Source: Centroscyllium fabricii (Eukaryota). From it: a DNA stretch of 64,000 nucleotides. Of the stretch, positions 11,288 to 25,100 are shown one piece after another. The stretch covers positions 21,328,001-21,392,000 of the forward strand of contig JBNRSN020000029.1 of the NCBI GenBank assembly GCA_051313645.2. The letters are read 5' to 3'. Numbering within the stretch: the first letter of the stretch is position 1; each line of letters opens with the position of its first letter. The notes under the pieces were generated by a model, which had not been told where the DNA came from, searched no databases, and saw nothing but the letters and a program-made list of their open reading frames with translations. Position numbers and translations under genes: made by a program.

Positions 11288-13992
11288 CTGGTTGATTATG
11301 TCCAAGGGATTAGTTGGGACTGGTTGCTAAGAGCGAAAGGGTTTGTTGGGACTGATTGATAAGGCCAAAGGGACTTTTTGGGACTGGTTGCTAAGGTCAA
11401 AGGGACTTGTTGGGACCAGTGATAAGGGCCTTGGGACCAGTGCTAATGGCCATGGGACTGGTTGCTAAGGACCCTGGAAACAGGCGCTAAGGGCCGTGGG
11501 ACAGGGTGCTAAGGGCCCTGGGACCGGGTGCTATGGGACATGGGATCAGGTGCTATGGGACATGGGACCAAGTGATAAGCACCATGGGACTGGATGCTGA
11601 GGGCCATGGGACTGGGTGCTAAGTGCCATGGGACCAGGTGCTAAGGGTCATGGGTCTGGGTGCTAAGGGCCATGGGACAGGTTGCTGAGGGCCGTGGGAC
11701 CGGTTGTTAAGGGCCATGGGACCGGTTGCTAAGGACTCTGGGAGCCGTTGCTGTGGGCCCTGGGACTGGTTGCTAAGAGCCTTTGGACCAGATGCTAATG
11801 GCCATGAGACCAGTTGGTAAGGACCATGGGACTGGGTGCTAAGGGCCATGGGACTGCTTGCGAAAAGACAATGAGCCAGTAGCTAAGGACCATGTGATAG
11901 GGTGCGAAGGGCCTTGGACTGGTCGCTTAAGATCCTGGGACAGGGTGCGAAGGCCCTTGGACCGGTTGCTAAAAGCTGTGGGGCTGGTTGCTAAGGGTCA
12001 GGGACTGGTTGCTAAGGGCCAAGAGACCGGTTTCTAAGGGCCAAGAAAACAGTCGCTAAGTGCCATGGAAACGGTTGCTAATGACCAAGGGACCGGCGGC
12101 TCAGGGCCACAGGTGCTGGGGCTGATGTGATCGGGTGCTAAGGGCAAAGTGACCAGGTGCTAAGGGCCAAGGGACCGGTGCTAAGGTCATTAGGACCTGA
12201 CACTAGGGCCATGGGACCAGTTGGTAAAGGCCGAGGAATTGGTTGCTGAGGGCCGTGGGACCATGTGCTATGTTCGGAGGGACCGGTTGCTAAGCGCCGT
12301 GGGACAGGGTGCTAAGGGCCTTTGAGCTGTGCAAAGGGCCATGGGACCGGTTGCTAATGACCCTGGGACCAGATGCTAACGCCGTGGGACTGGGTGCTAA
12401 GGGCCCTGGGACAGGGTGCTGAGGCACATGGGACCAGTGCTAAGGGTCTTGGGGTTGGTTGCTAAGGTCAGTGGGACCGGGTGCTAAGGGGCGAGGGACC
12501 GGGTGCTAAGGGCCGAGGGACAGGTTGCTAAGGGCGGAGGGACCGGTTGCTAATTGCCGAGAGACCGGTTGCTAATTGCTGAGGGACCGGTTGCTAAGGA
12601 CTTGGTCTGGTTGCTGAGGATCCTGGGACCGGGTGCTCAGGGATGTGTGACTGGTGCAAAGGGGCAGGGGGGCAGATGCTAAGGGCCATGGGACTGGGTG
12701 GTAAGGGCCATGGGACCAGTTCCTAAGGGCCGAGGTACTGGTTTCTAAGGGCCAAGGGACTGGTTGCTAAGTGCCGTGGGACTGGGTGCTAAGGGCCTTG
12801 GGACCGGGTGCTAAGGGCCATGGGACTGGGTGCTAAGGGCCATGGGACTGGTTGCTAAAAGCCAAAGGACTGGTTGGTAAGGGCCATGGGACAGGGTGCG
12901 AAGGGCCTTGGACCGGTTGCTTAAGATCCTGGGACAGGGTGCGAAGTGCCTTGGATCGGTTGTTAAGGGCCGTGGAGCTGGTTGCTAAGGGCAATAGGGT
13001 TGGTTGCTAAGGACCATGGGACCAGATGCTAAGGCTCTTGGGCTGGTTGCTGAACATCCTAGGAGCGGCTGCTAAAGGCCGTGGGACCGGTGGAAAAGTG
13101 CCATGGGACCGGACGCTAAGGGCCACTGGACCAGGTGCTAAGGGCCATGTGACCAGTTGCTACAGGCCGAGGGACTGGGTGCTAAATGCCATTGAACTAG
13201 TTGCTATGGGTCAGGTGACTTGATGCTAAATGACAGTTGCTAAATCCCATGCAACAGTTTGCTAAGGTCCATGGGGTCGGTTTCTAAGGACCCTGGGACC
13301 GTGTGCTATGGGCCGATGGACGGGTTGGCAAGCGACGTGAGACAGGGTGCTTAGGGCCTTGGAACGGTGCAAAGTGCCACAGGACCAGATGCTAAGGGCC
13401 TCGGGACCATGTGCTATGGGCCGAGGGTCCGGTTGTTAATGTCCATGGGCCATGGTACTGTGTGCTATGGGTCGAGGGACCTGTTGCTAACGGCTGTGGG
13501 ACTGGGTGTTTACGGACCTTGGACAGGGTGCTGATGGGCATGTGACTGGTGCTAAAGGCCGTTTGATCGGTTGCTAAGGGCCAAGGGATTTGTTCGAACC
13601 GTTTGCTAAGGGCCTTGGGACCGTGTGCTATGGGTCGAGGGACCGGTTGCTAACGGCCGTGGGACTGGGTTCTTAGGGACCTTGGACAGGGTGCTGATGG
13701 GCATGGGACTGGTGCTAAAGGCCGTTTGATCGGTTGCTAAGGGCCAAGGTATTTGTTGGGAGTTGTTGATAAGTTCCAATGGATAAGTTGGGACTGGTTG
13801 CAAAGAGCGAAGTGGCTTGTTGGGACTGGGTGCTAAGGTCCATGGGACCGGTTGCTAAGCACCCTGGGGCAGGTCCTAAGGGCCCTGGATCAGGGTGCTA
13901 AGGGCCAAGGGACTTGTTGGGACTGGTTGATAAGGTCCAAGGGACTTGTTGTTAAGTTCCAAGGGATTATTTGGGACCGGTTGCTAAGGGCT

Positions 13993-16900
13993 TTGGGGCC
14001 AGTTGCTTATGGCTGAGAACTGGTTGCTAAGGGCCAAGGGACCGGTTGCCATGGGCAAGGAGACCGGTTGCTAAGGGCCAAGAAAATGGTTGCTAAGGGC
14101 CCTGTAAATGGTTGCTAAGGGCCAAGGGTCTGGCGGCTAAGGGCCATGGCCCATTGCTAAGAGCGAAGTCACTGGTTGCTAAGAGTCATAGGGGCAGTTG
14201 CTTAGGTTTATGGGAGCGGGTGCAAAGGGCCTTGGGAACGGGTGCTAGGGTCAATGGGACCGGATGCTAGGGGGAATGGGACCGGGTGCTAAAAGTCAAG
14301 TGACCAGGTGCTATGGGCCATGGGACAGGGTGCTCAGGGCCTTGGACCGGTAGCTAAAGATCCTGGGACTGGGTGCTAAGGGTCGTGGGACTGGAGCAAA
14401 TGCCCATGGGATTGGTTGCTAAGGACCCTGGGACCGGTTGCGAAGGACACTGGGACCTGTTGCTTAGTGCCGTGGGACCGGATGCTAAGGGCCATGAGAC
14501 CAGTTGCTAAGGGCCATGGGACATAGAAAAAAACATAGAAACATAGAAGATAGGAGCAGGAGTAGGCCATTCAGCCCTTCGAGCCTGCTCCGCCATTCAA
14601 TGAGATCATGGCTGATCATCCAAACCCAGTACACCGGCCCTGCCTTCTCCCCATATCCCTCTCGAGCCTGCACTGACACACATCCCACCCTATCCCCGTA
14701 ACCCCACATATTCAATCCCCCTAACACTAAGCAACAATTTATCATGGCCAATCAACCTAACCCGCACATCTTTGGACAGGGGGCTAAATGCTTTGGGACT
14801 GGGTGCTGAGAGCCATGGGGCCGATTGCATAGGACGATGAAAACAGTTGCTAAGGGCCAGGTGACTGGTTGCTAAGTGTCGGTTACGAAGTGCCATGCGA
14901 TCGGTTGCTGAGGGCCGCGTGGCCGGGTGCTTAGGGCCGTGGGCCTGGTTGCTAAGGGCCGAGGACTGGTTGCTAATTGCCAAGGGACCGGTTGCCATGG
15001 GCAAGGAGACGGGTTGCTAAGGGCCAAGAAAATGGTTGCTAAGGGCCATGGAAACCGTTGTTAAGGGTAAAGAGTCCGATGGCTAAGGGCCACGGCCCAT
15101 TGTTTTGAGCGAAGCGTGTGGTTGCTAAGGCCCATGGGACAGGTTGCAAAGGGCCTTGAGACCGTGTGCTAGGGGCGATGGAACATGGAGCTAAGAGCCA
15201 AGTGACCAGGTGCTAACGGCCATGGAACCGGAGGTAAGGGCCATAGGACCTGGCGCTAAGTGCCATGGGAAATGTTGCTGAGGGACGAGGAAATGAATGC
15301 TAAGCGGCAAGGCACCAGTTGCCAAGGGTAAAGAGACCGGTTGCTAAGAGCCAAGAAAACTGTTGCTAAGGGCCATGGAATTGGTTGCAAAGGGCCTTGG
15401 GACTGAGTGCTAGGGGCCATGGGAATGGGTGCGAGGGGCCAAGCTACCGGGTGCTAAGGGTCCTGGGACTGGGTGCTATGGGCAATGGGACCGGGTGCGA
15501 CGTGCCATGGTACCAGGTGCTAAGGTCCATGGGACCGTGTGCTCAGTGCCATTGGACTTGGTGCTAAGGGCCATGGGACTGGTTGCTAAGGGCCAAAGCA
15601 CCTTTTGCTAAGGGCCACTGGACCGGGTCCTAAGGGCTATGGGACCGGTTGCTAAGGTCCCTGGGACAGGTTGCTAAGGACCCTGGGACTGTTTGCTAGG
15701 TGCCGTGGGACTGGTTGTTAAAGACCATTAGACCAGTTGCTAAGGGTCATGGGACGGGTGCTAAAGGCATTGAGATCGGGTGCTGAGAGCAGTGGGGCCA
15801 GTTGCTAAGGGCGATGGAAACAGCAGCTAAGGGCCAGGTGAGCAGTTGGTAAGGGCCGTGGGGCCGGTTTCCACGGTCCGTGGGGCCGGTTGCTAAGGGC
15901 CGTGGGGCTGGTTGCTAAGTGCCATGGAAACGGTTGCTAAAGGCCAAGGGACCGGCAGCTGAGGGCCACAGCCCATTGCTAATTTCGAAGGGACTGGTTG
16001 CAAAGTGTCATAGGGGCAGTTGCTAAGGTCCATGGGACCGGGTGTAAAGGGCCTTGGGGCCGGGTGCTAGGGGCGATGTGACACGGTGCTAAGGGCCAAG
16101 TAACCAGGTGCTAATGGCCATGGGACCGGTGATAAGGGCCATGGGACCAGTTGCTGAGGGTAGTGGGACCGGGTGCTAAGGCCCAAGTGACCGGTTGCAA
16201 AGGGCCAAGGGATTTGTTGAGACTGGTTGATAAGGTCCAAGGGATTAGGTGGGACTGGTTGCTATGAGCGAAGGGGCTTGTTGGGACTGGTTGCTAAGGT
16301 CAAAGGGTCTTGTTGGGACCAGTGCTAAGGGCCTTGGGACCAGTGCTACGGGCCATGGGACTGGGTGCTAAGGGCCCTGGAGCAGAGTGCTAAGGGGTGT
16401 GTGACCGGTGTGACCGGTGCTAAGGGGCTTCGAATTGGTTGCAGAGGGAAGTGGGACCAGGTGCTAAGGCTTGAGGGACCGGTTGCAGAGAGCCAAGGGA
16501 TTTATTGGGACTGGTTGATAATGCCCAAGGGATTAGTTGGGACTGGTTGCTCAGAGCGAAGGGGCTTGTTGGCACTGGGTGACAAGGTCAAATGGACTTT
16601 TTGGGACTGGTTGCTAAGGTGAAAGAGACTTGTTGGGACCGATGCTAAGGGCCTTGGGACCAGTGCTAAGGGCCATGGGACAGATTGCTAAGGATTCTGG
16701 GACTGGTTGCTAAGGGCCCTGGAACAGGGTGCTAAGGGCCGTGGGAGTGGGTGCTAAGGTCCGTGGGACATGGAACCAAGGGTCATGTGACCAGGGCCGA
16801 GGGACCGGGTGCTAAGGGCCATGTTACCGGGTGCTATGGGACATGGGACCGGGGGATTTGAGACATGTGACTATGTGCTATGGGTCATGGGACCGGATGC

Positions 16901-19900
16901 TAAGTGCCATGGGACTGGATGCTAAGCGCCATGGGACCAGGTGGTAAGGGCCATGGGACTGGGTGCTAAGGGCCATGGGACTGGTTGCTAAGGGCCGGGG
17001 GACTGGTTGCTAAATATCTTGGGACAGGGTGCTAAGTGCCGTGGGACCGGTTGCTAAGGACACTGGGACCGGTGCTAAGAACCCTGGGACCATTTGCTAA
17101 GTGCCGTGGGACCGGATGCTAAGGGCGATGAGACCAGTTGCTAAGTTTCTTGGGACAGGGTGCTAAAGGCATTGTGACCGGGTGTGGAGAGCCTTGGGAC
17201 CGGTTGCTAAGGGAGATGGAAACAATTGCTGAGTACTAGGTGACCGGTTACTAAGGGCCGGTTACTAAGTACCATGCGACCGGTTGCTAAGGGCCGGTTA
17301 CTAAGTACCATGCGACCGGTTGCTAAGGGCCGTGGGGCCGGTTGCTGAGAGCCGTGGCGCTGGTTGCTAACAGCCAGGGACTGGTTGCTAAGGGCCAAGA
17401 GACCGGTTGACATGGGCAAGGGGACCAGTGCTAACGGCCAAGAAAACAGTTGCTAAGTGACATGGAAATGTTTGCTAAGGACCAAGGGACCGGCAGCTCA
17501 GGGGCACGGCCCATTGCTAAGAGCGAAGGGACTGGTTCCTAAGCGTCATGGGGCATTTGCAAAGGTGCTTGTGACCTGGCACAAAGGGCCTTGGGACCAG
17601 GTGCTAGGGTGTTGTGACCGGGTGCAAAGGGCCAAGTGACCAGGTGCCTAAGGGCCATGGGGCCGGTGTTAAGGCCATGGGACCTGACGCTAGGGCCATG
17701 GGACCAGTTGCTAAAGGTCGAGGGACCGGTTGCTAAGCGCCGTGGGACAGGGTGCTAAGGGCCTTGGAGCGGTGTAGAGGGCCATGGGACTGGTTGCTGA
17801 TGACCCTGAGACCAAGTGCTAACGGCCCTGGGACTGGCTGCTACGGACCCTGGGACAGGGTGCTGAGGCACATGGGACCGGTGCTAAGGGCCTTGGGATC
17901 GGTTGCTAAGGGCAGTGGGACCGGGTGCTAAGGGGCGACGGACCGGGTGCTAAGGGCCGAGGGACAGTTTGCTGAGGGCCGAGGGACTGGTTGCTAAGGA
18001 CCGAATGACTGGTTGCTAATTGCTGAGGGACCGGTTGCTGAGGGCCATGGGGCAGGCTGCTAAGGCCTTGGCCAGGTTGCAGAGGATCCTGGGACTGGGT
18101 GCTAATGGCCGTGGGACTGGTGCAAAGGGCCATGGGAGCAGATGCTAAGGGCCAAGGGACAGTTTGCTAAGGGCTGAGGGACCGGTTGCTAAGTGCCGTG
18201 GGACTGGGTGCTAAAGGCCTAGGGACCGGGTGCTAAGGGCAATGGGACTGGGTGCTAAGGGCCATGGGACAGGTTGCTGAGGGCCGTGGGTCCGGTTGTT
18301 AAGGGCCATGGGACCGGTTGCTAAGGACTCTGGGAGCCGTTGCTATGGGCCCTGGGACTGCTGGCTAAGGGCCTTGGGACCAGGTGCTAGGGGCTGATGT
18401 GATCGGGTGCTACGGGCAAAGTGACCAGGTGCTAAGGGCCAAGGGACCGGTGCTAAGGTCATTAGGACCTGACACTAGGGCAATGGGACCAGTTGCTAAA
18501 GGCCGAGGAATTGGTTGCTGAGGGCCGTGGGACCATGTGCTATGTTCGGAGGGACCGGTTGCTAAGCGCCGTGGGACAGGGTGCTAAGGGCCTTTGAGCT
18601 GTGCAAAGGGCCATGGGACCGGTTGCTAATGACCCTGGGACCAGATGCTAACGCCGTGGGACTGGGTGCTAAGGGCCCTGGGACAGGGTGCTGAGGCACA
18701 TGGGACCAGTGCTAAGGGTCTTGGGGTTGGTTGCTAAGGTCAGTGGGACCGGGTGCTAAGGGGCGAGGGACCGGGTGCTAAGGGCCGAGGGACAGGTTGC
18801 TAAGGGCGGAGGGACCGGTTGCTAATTGCCGAGAGACCGGTTGCTAATTGCTGAGGGACCAGTTGCTAAGGACTTGGTCTGGTTGCTGAGGATCCTGGGA
18901 CCGGGTGCTCAGGGATGTGTGACTGGTGCAAAGGGGCAGGGGGGCAGATGCTAAGGGCCATGGGACCGGGTGGTAAGGGCCATGGGACCAGTTCCTAAGG
19001 GCCGAGGTACTGGTTTCTAAGGGCCAAGGGACTGGTTGCTAAGTGCCGTGGGACTGGGTGCTAAGGGCCTTGGGACCGGGTGCTAAGGGCCATGGGACTG
19101 GGTGCTAAGGGCCATGGGACTGGTTGCTAAAAGCCAAAGGACTGGTTGGTAAGGGCCATGGGACAGGGTGCGAAGGGCCTTGGACCGGTTGCTTAAGATC
19201 CTGGGACAGGGTGCGAAGTGCCTTGGATCGGTTGTTAAGGGCCGTGGAGCTGGTTGCTAAGGGCAATAGGGTTGGTTGCTAAGGACCATGGGACCAGATG
19301 CTAAGGCTCTTGGGCTGGTTGCTGAACATCCTAGGAGCGGCTGCTAAAGGCCGTGGGACCGGTGGAAAAGTGCCATGGGACCGGACGCTAAGGGCCACTG
19401 GACCAGGTGCTAAGGGCCATGTGACCAGTTGCTACAGGCCGAGGGACTGGGTGCTAAATGCCATTGAACTAGTTGCTATGGGTCAGGTGACTTGATGCTA
19501 AATGACAGTTGCTAAATCCCATGCAACAGTTTGCTAAGGTCCATGGGGTCGGTTTCTAAGGACCCTGGGACCGTGTGCTATGGGCCGATGGACGGGTTGG
19601 CAAGCGACGTGAGACAGGGTGCTTAGGGCCTTGGAACGGTGCAAAGTGCCACAGGACCAGATGCTAAGGGCCTCGGGACCATGTGCTATGGGCCGAGGGT
19701 CCGGTTGTTAATGTCCATGGGACCGGTTGCTAAGGGCCATGTGACTGTGTGCTATGGGTCGAGGGACCGGTTGCTAACGGCTGTGGGACTGGGTGTTTAC
19801 GGACCTTGGACAGGGTGCTGATGGGCATGGGACTGGTGCTAAAGGCCGTTTGATCGGTTGCTAAGGGCCAAGGGATTTGTTGGAACCGTTTGCTAAGGGC

Positions 19901-20280
19901 CTTGGGACCGTGTGCTATGGGTCGAGGGACCGGTTGATAACGGCCGTGGGACTGGGTTCTTAGGGACCTTGGACAGGGTGCTGATGGGCATGGGACTGGT
20001 GCTAAAGGCCGTTTGATCGGTTGCTAAGGGCCAAGGTATTTGTTGGGAGTTGTTGATAAGTTCCAATGGATAAGTTGGGACTGGTTGCAAAGAGCGAAGT
20101 GGCTTGTTGGGACTGGGTGCTAAGGTCCATGGGACCGGTTGCTAAGCACCCTGGGGCCAGGTCCTAAGGGCCCTGGATCAGGGTGCTAAGGGCCAAGGGA
20201 CTTGTTGGGACTGGTTGATAAGGTCCAAGGGACTTGTTGTTAAGTTCCAAGGGATTATTTGGGACCGGTTGCTAAGTGAT
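13993..20280 (+). repeat. HOR copy 2, ~6.3 kb
   Basis: Identical artefact ORFs at a ~6.27-kb offset (13026/19298, 14504/20771). Confidence 0.85.
14524..14773 (-). mobile_element. 5'-truncated HE1-like V-SINE, 250 bp
   Basis: CR1-like tail with (CTATGTTT)n on the minus strand; flanked by GGACA direct repeats at 14519-14523 and 14774-14778; empty sites at ~5848 and ~39388. Confidence 0.88.
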
Positions 20281-20790
20281 TTGGGGCCAGTTGCTAATGG
20301 CTGAGAACTGGTTGCTAAGGGCCAAGGGACCGGTTGCCATGGGCAAGGAGACCGGTTGCTAAGGGCCAAGAAAATGGTTGCTAAGGGCCCTGTAAATGGT
20401 TGCTAAGGGCCAAGGGACTGGCGGCTAAGGGCCATGGCCCATTGCTAAGAGCGAAGTGACTGGTTGCTAAGAGTCATAGGGGCAGTTGCTTAGGTTTATG
20501 GGAGCGGGTGCAAAGGGCCTTGGGAACGGGTGCTAGGGGCAATGGGACCGGATGCTAGGGGCAATGGGACCGGGTGCTAAAAGTCAAGTGACCAGGTGCT
20601 ATGGGCCATGGGACAGGGTGCTCAGGGCCTTGGACCGGTAGCTAAAGATCCTGGGACTGGGTGCTAAGGGCCGTGGGATTGGTTGCTAAGGACCCTGGGA
20701 CCAGTTGCGAAGGACACTGGGACCTGTTGCTTACTGCCGTGGGACCGGATGCTAAGGGCCATGAGACCAGTTGCTAAGGGCCATGGGACA

Positions 20791-21040
20791 TAGAAAAAAA
20801 CATAGAAACATAGAAGATAGGAGCAGGAGTAGGCCATTCAGCCCTTCGAGCCTGCTCCGCCATTCAATGAGATCATGGCTGATCATCCAAACCCAGTACC
20901 CCGGCCCTGCCTTCTCCCCATATCCCTCTCGAGCCTGCACTGACACACATCCCACCCTATCCCCGTAACCCCACATATTCAATCCCCCTAACACTAAGCA
21001 ACAATTTATCATGGCCAATCAACCTAACCCGCACATCTTT
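20791..21040 (-). mobile_element. Duplicate of the truncated V-SINE at 14524-14773
   Basis: Same length, same junctions, same GGACA flanks, near-identical sequence. Confidence 0.9.
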
Positions 21041-21502
21041 GGACAGGGTGCTAAATGCTTTGGGACTGGGTGCTGAGAGCCGTGGGGCCGATTGCATAGG
21101 ACGATGAAAACAGTTGCTAAGGGCCAGGTGACTGGTTGCTAAGTGTCGGTTACGAAGTGCCATGCGATCGGTTGCTGAGGGCCGCGTGGCCGGGTGCTTA
21201 GGGCCGTGGGCCTGGCTGCTAAGGGCCGAGGACTGGTTGCTAATTGCCAAGGGCAAGGAGACGGGTTGCTAAGGGCCAAGAAAATGGTTGCTAAGGGCCA
21301 TGGAAACCATTGTTAATGGTAAAGAGTCCGATGGCTAAGGGCCACGGCCCATTGCTTTGAGCGAAGCGTGTGGTTGCTAAGGCCCATGGGACAGGTTGCA
21401 AAGGGCCTTGAGACCGTGTGCTAGGGGCGATGGAACATGGAGCTAAGAGCCAAGTGACCAGGTGCTAACGGCCATGGAACCGGAGGTAAGGGCCATAGGA
21501 CC

Positions 21503-22163
21503 TGTAGAAGTGTAGTTTTATAATAAGTGTAGTTTTATAATCACATTTAGCCATGTAGGACATATACATATATTTTAAGCTAACAGTTAATTCTAAAATG
21601 GGGTAAGACCAGTTGCTGCTTCTAAAATGGAGTCTGGAAACAGGCTTTGATAAACACAAAACAGCCTTGGCTGTTTTGTTTACTATATTCTCGTTTGAGC
21701 GAGGCAAGGACATTCCTGAGATAAGATAGGACATGACCACTCATTGTTCAGAACAACTTCTCTTTGAGAACGAGATCCTCCCAGAGACATCTTGGCACCA
21801 GTAGTGATTACCAATAGGTCAAGACTGATTAACTATGTGAGTAAGAAACCTTTTCAGAGGACACATTGATCTACAAACAAATGCTCGACATTACTAACAT
21901 TCCATTTTGTTTTGCTTTCATGTATTACCCTATTATTGATTACGTGGCAAACCCAGTCACATTTTAATGCCTCACAGGACTCAGCTTTGATCTTTCTGTA
22001 TAAAAGTAACCCCGCTGACCCTATGTTTTCAGAGGAAATCAGCGCACTGTTAGTGCTGAGTGTCTCTCCCGCTTGCTAGCAACTGGTTAATAAATTGTTA
22101 CTTTGTCCGACAACTTTGTGTGTTCATTGAGTCTTAAAGCTTAACAGGTCTGAAACTTCGACA
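21503..22163 (+). mobile_element. Solo LTR, 661 bp, ERV-like
   Basis: TGTAGAAGT...ACTTCGACA inverted termini; 4-bp TSD GACC at 21499-21502 and 22164-22167; CCAAT 21811, TATAAAA 21999-22005, AATAAA 22089-22094; empty sites at ~6320, ~15248 and ~39861. Confidence 0.88.
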
Positions 22164-25100
22164 GACCTGGCGCTAAGTGCCATGGGAAATGTTGCTGAGG
22201 GACGAGGAAATGAATGCTAAGCGGCAAGGCACCAGTTGCCAAGGGTAAAGAGACCGGTTGCTAAGAGCCAAGAAAACTGTTGCTAAGGGCCATGGAATTG
22301 GTTGCAAAGGGCCTTGGGACTGAGTGCTAGGGGCCATGGGAATGGGTGCGAGGGGCCAAGCTACCGGGTGCTAAGGGTCCTGGGACTGGGTGCTATGGGC
22401 AATGGGACCGGGTGCGACGTGCCATGGTACCAGGTGCTAAGGTCCATGGGACCGTGTGCTCAGTGCCATTGGACTTGGTGCTAAGGGCCATGGGACTGGT
22501 TGCTAAGGGCCAAAGCACCTTTTGCTAAGGGCCACCGGACCGGGTCCTAAGGGCTATGGGACCGGTTGCTAAGGTCCCTGGGACAGGTTGCTAAGGACCC
22601 TGGGACTGGTTGCTAGGTGCCGTGGGACTGGTTGTTAAAGGCCATTAGACCAGTTGCTAAGGGTCATGGGACGGGTGCTAAAGGCATTGAGATCGGGTGC
22701 TGAGAGCAGTGGGGCCAGTTGCTAAGGGCGATGGAAACAGCAGCTAAGGGCCAGGTGAGCAGTTGGTAAGGGCCGTGGGGCCGGTTTCTACGGTGCGTGG
22801 GGCCGGTTGCTAAGGGCCGTGGGGCTGGTTGCTAAGTGCCATGGAAACGGTTGCTAAGGGCCAAGGGACCGGCGGGTGAGGGCCACAGCCCATTGCTAAT
22901 TTCGAAGGGACTGGTTGCAAAGTGTCATAGGGGCAGTTGCTAAGGTCCATGGGACCGGGTGTAAAGGGCCTTGGGGCCGGGTGCTAGGGGCGATGTGACA
23001 CGGTGCTAAGGGCCAAGTAACCAGGTGCTAATGGCCATGGGACCGGTGATAAGGGCCATGGGACCGGTTGCTGAGGGTAGTGGGACCGGGTGCTAAGGCC
23101 CAAGTGACCGGTTGCAAAGGGCCAAGGGATTTGTTGAGACTGGTTGATAAGGTCCAAGGGATTAGGTGGGACTGGTTGCTATGAGCGAAGGGGCCTGTTG
23201 GGACTGGTTGCTAAGGTCAAAGGGTCTTGTTGGGACCAGTGCTAAGGGCCTTGGGACCAGTGCTACGGGCCATGGGACTGGGTGCTAAGGGCCCTGGAGC
23301 AGAGTGCTAAGGGGTGTGTGACCGGTGTGACCGGTGCTAAGGGGCTTCGAATTGTTTGCGGAGGGCAGTGGAACCGGGTGCTAAGGCTTGAGGGACCGGT
23401 TGCAGAGAGCCAAGGGATTTATTGGGACTGGTTGATAATGCCCAAGGGATTAGTTGGGACTGGTTGCTCAGAGCGAAGGGGCTTGTTGGCACTGGGTGAC
23501 AAGGTCAAATGGACTTTTTGGGACTGGCTGCTAAAGTCAAACAGACTTGTTGGGACCGATGCTAAGGGCCTTGGGACCAGTGCTAAGGGCCATGGGACAG
23601 ATTGCTAAGGATTCTGGGACTGGTTGCTAAGGGCCCTGGAACAGGGTGCTAAGGGCCATGGGAGTGGGTGCTAAGGTCCGTGGGACATGGAGCTAAGGGT
23701 CATGTGACCAGGGCCGAGGGACCGGGTGCTAAGGGCCATGTTACCGGGTGCTATGGGACATGGGACCGGGGGATTTGAGACATGTGACTATGTGCTACGG
23801 GTCATGGGACCAGATGCTAAGTGCCATGGGACTGGATGCTAAGCGCCATGGGACCAGGTGGTAAGGGCCATGGGACTGGGTGCTAAGGGCCATGGGACTG
23901 GTTGCTAAGGGCCGGGGGACTGGTTGCTAAATATCTTGGGACAGGGTGCTAAGTGCCGTGGGACCGGTTGCTAAGGACACTGGGACCGGTGCTAAGAACC
24001 CTGGGACCATTTGCTAAGTGCCGTGGGACCGGATGCTAAGGGCGATGAGACCAGTTGCTAAGTTTCTTGGGACAGGGTGCTAAAGGCATTGTGACCGGGT
24101 GTGGAGAGCCTTGGGACCGGTTGCTAAGGGAGATGGAAACAATTGCTGAGTACTAGGTGACCGGTTACTAAGGGCCGGTTACTAAGTACCATGCGACCGG
24201 TTGCTAAGGGCCGGTTACTAAGTACCATGCGACCGGTTGCTAAGGGCCGTGGGGCCGGTTGCTGAGAGCTGTGGCGCTGGTTGCTAACGGCCAGGGACTG
24301 GTTGCTAAGGGCCAAGAGACCGGTTGACATGGGCAAGGGGACCAGTGCTAACGGCCAAGAAAACAGTTGCTAAGTGACATGGAAATGTTTGCTAAGGACC
24401 AAGGGACCGGCAGCTCAGGGGCACGGCCCATTGCTAAGAGCGAAGGGACTGGTTCCTAAGCGTCATGGGGCATTTGCAAAGGTGCATGTGACCTGGCACA
24501 AAGGGCCTTGGGACCAGGTGCTAGGGGCGCTGTGACCGGGTGCAAAGGGCCAAGTGACCAGGTGCCTAAGGGCCATGGGGCCGGTGTTAAGGCCATGGGA
24601 CCTGACGCTAGGGCCATGGGACCAGTTGCTAAAGGTCGAGGGACCGGTTGCTAAATGCCGTGGGACAGGGTGCTATGGGCCTTGGAGCGGTGCAGAGGGC
24701 CATGGGACTGGTTGCTGATGACCCTGAGACCAAGTGCTAACGGCCCTGGGACTGGCTGCTACGGACCCTGGGACAGGGTGCTGAGGCACATGGGACCGGT
24801 GCTAAGGGCCTTGGGATCGGTTGCTAAGGGCAGTGGGACCGGGTGCTAAGGGGCGACGGACCGGGTGCTAAGGGCCGAGGGACAGTTTGCTGAGGGCCGA
24901 GGGACTGGTTGCTAAGGACCGAATGACTGGTTGCTAATTGCTGAGGGACCGGTTGCTAAGGGCCATGGGGCAGGCTGCTAAGGCCTTGGCCAGGTTGCAG
25001 AGGATCCTGGGACAGGGTACTAATGGCCGTGGGACTGGTGCAAAGGGCCATGGGAGCAGATGCTAAGGGCCAAGGGACAGTTTGCTAAGGGCTGAGGGAC

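Larger units (their letters stand above)
5321..13992 (+). repeat. Satellite higher-order repeat (HOR) copy 1, ~8.7 kb
   Basis: The marker TTGGGGCCAGTTGCTwATGsCTGAGAACTGG recurs at 5321, 13993, 20281 and 38863, and the same order of diagnostic monomer variants follows each. Confidence 0.8.

Noticed and set aside
21465-21740. 91-aa minus-strand ORF as a novel gene
   Set aside because: It lies antisense in the solo-LTR U3, runs into satellite and has no recognisable motif.
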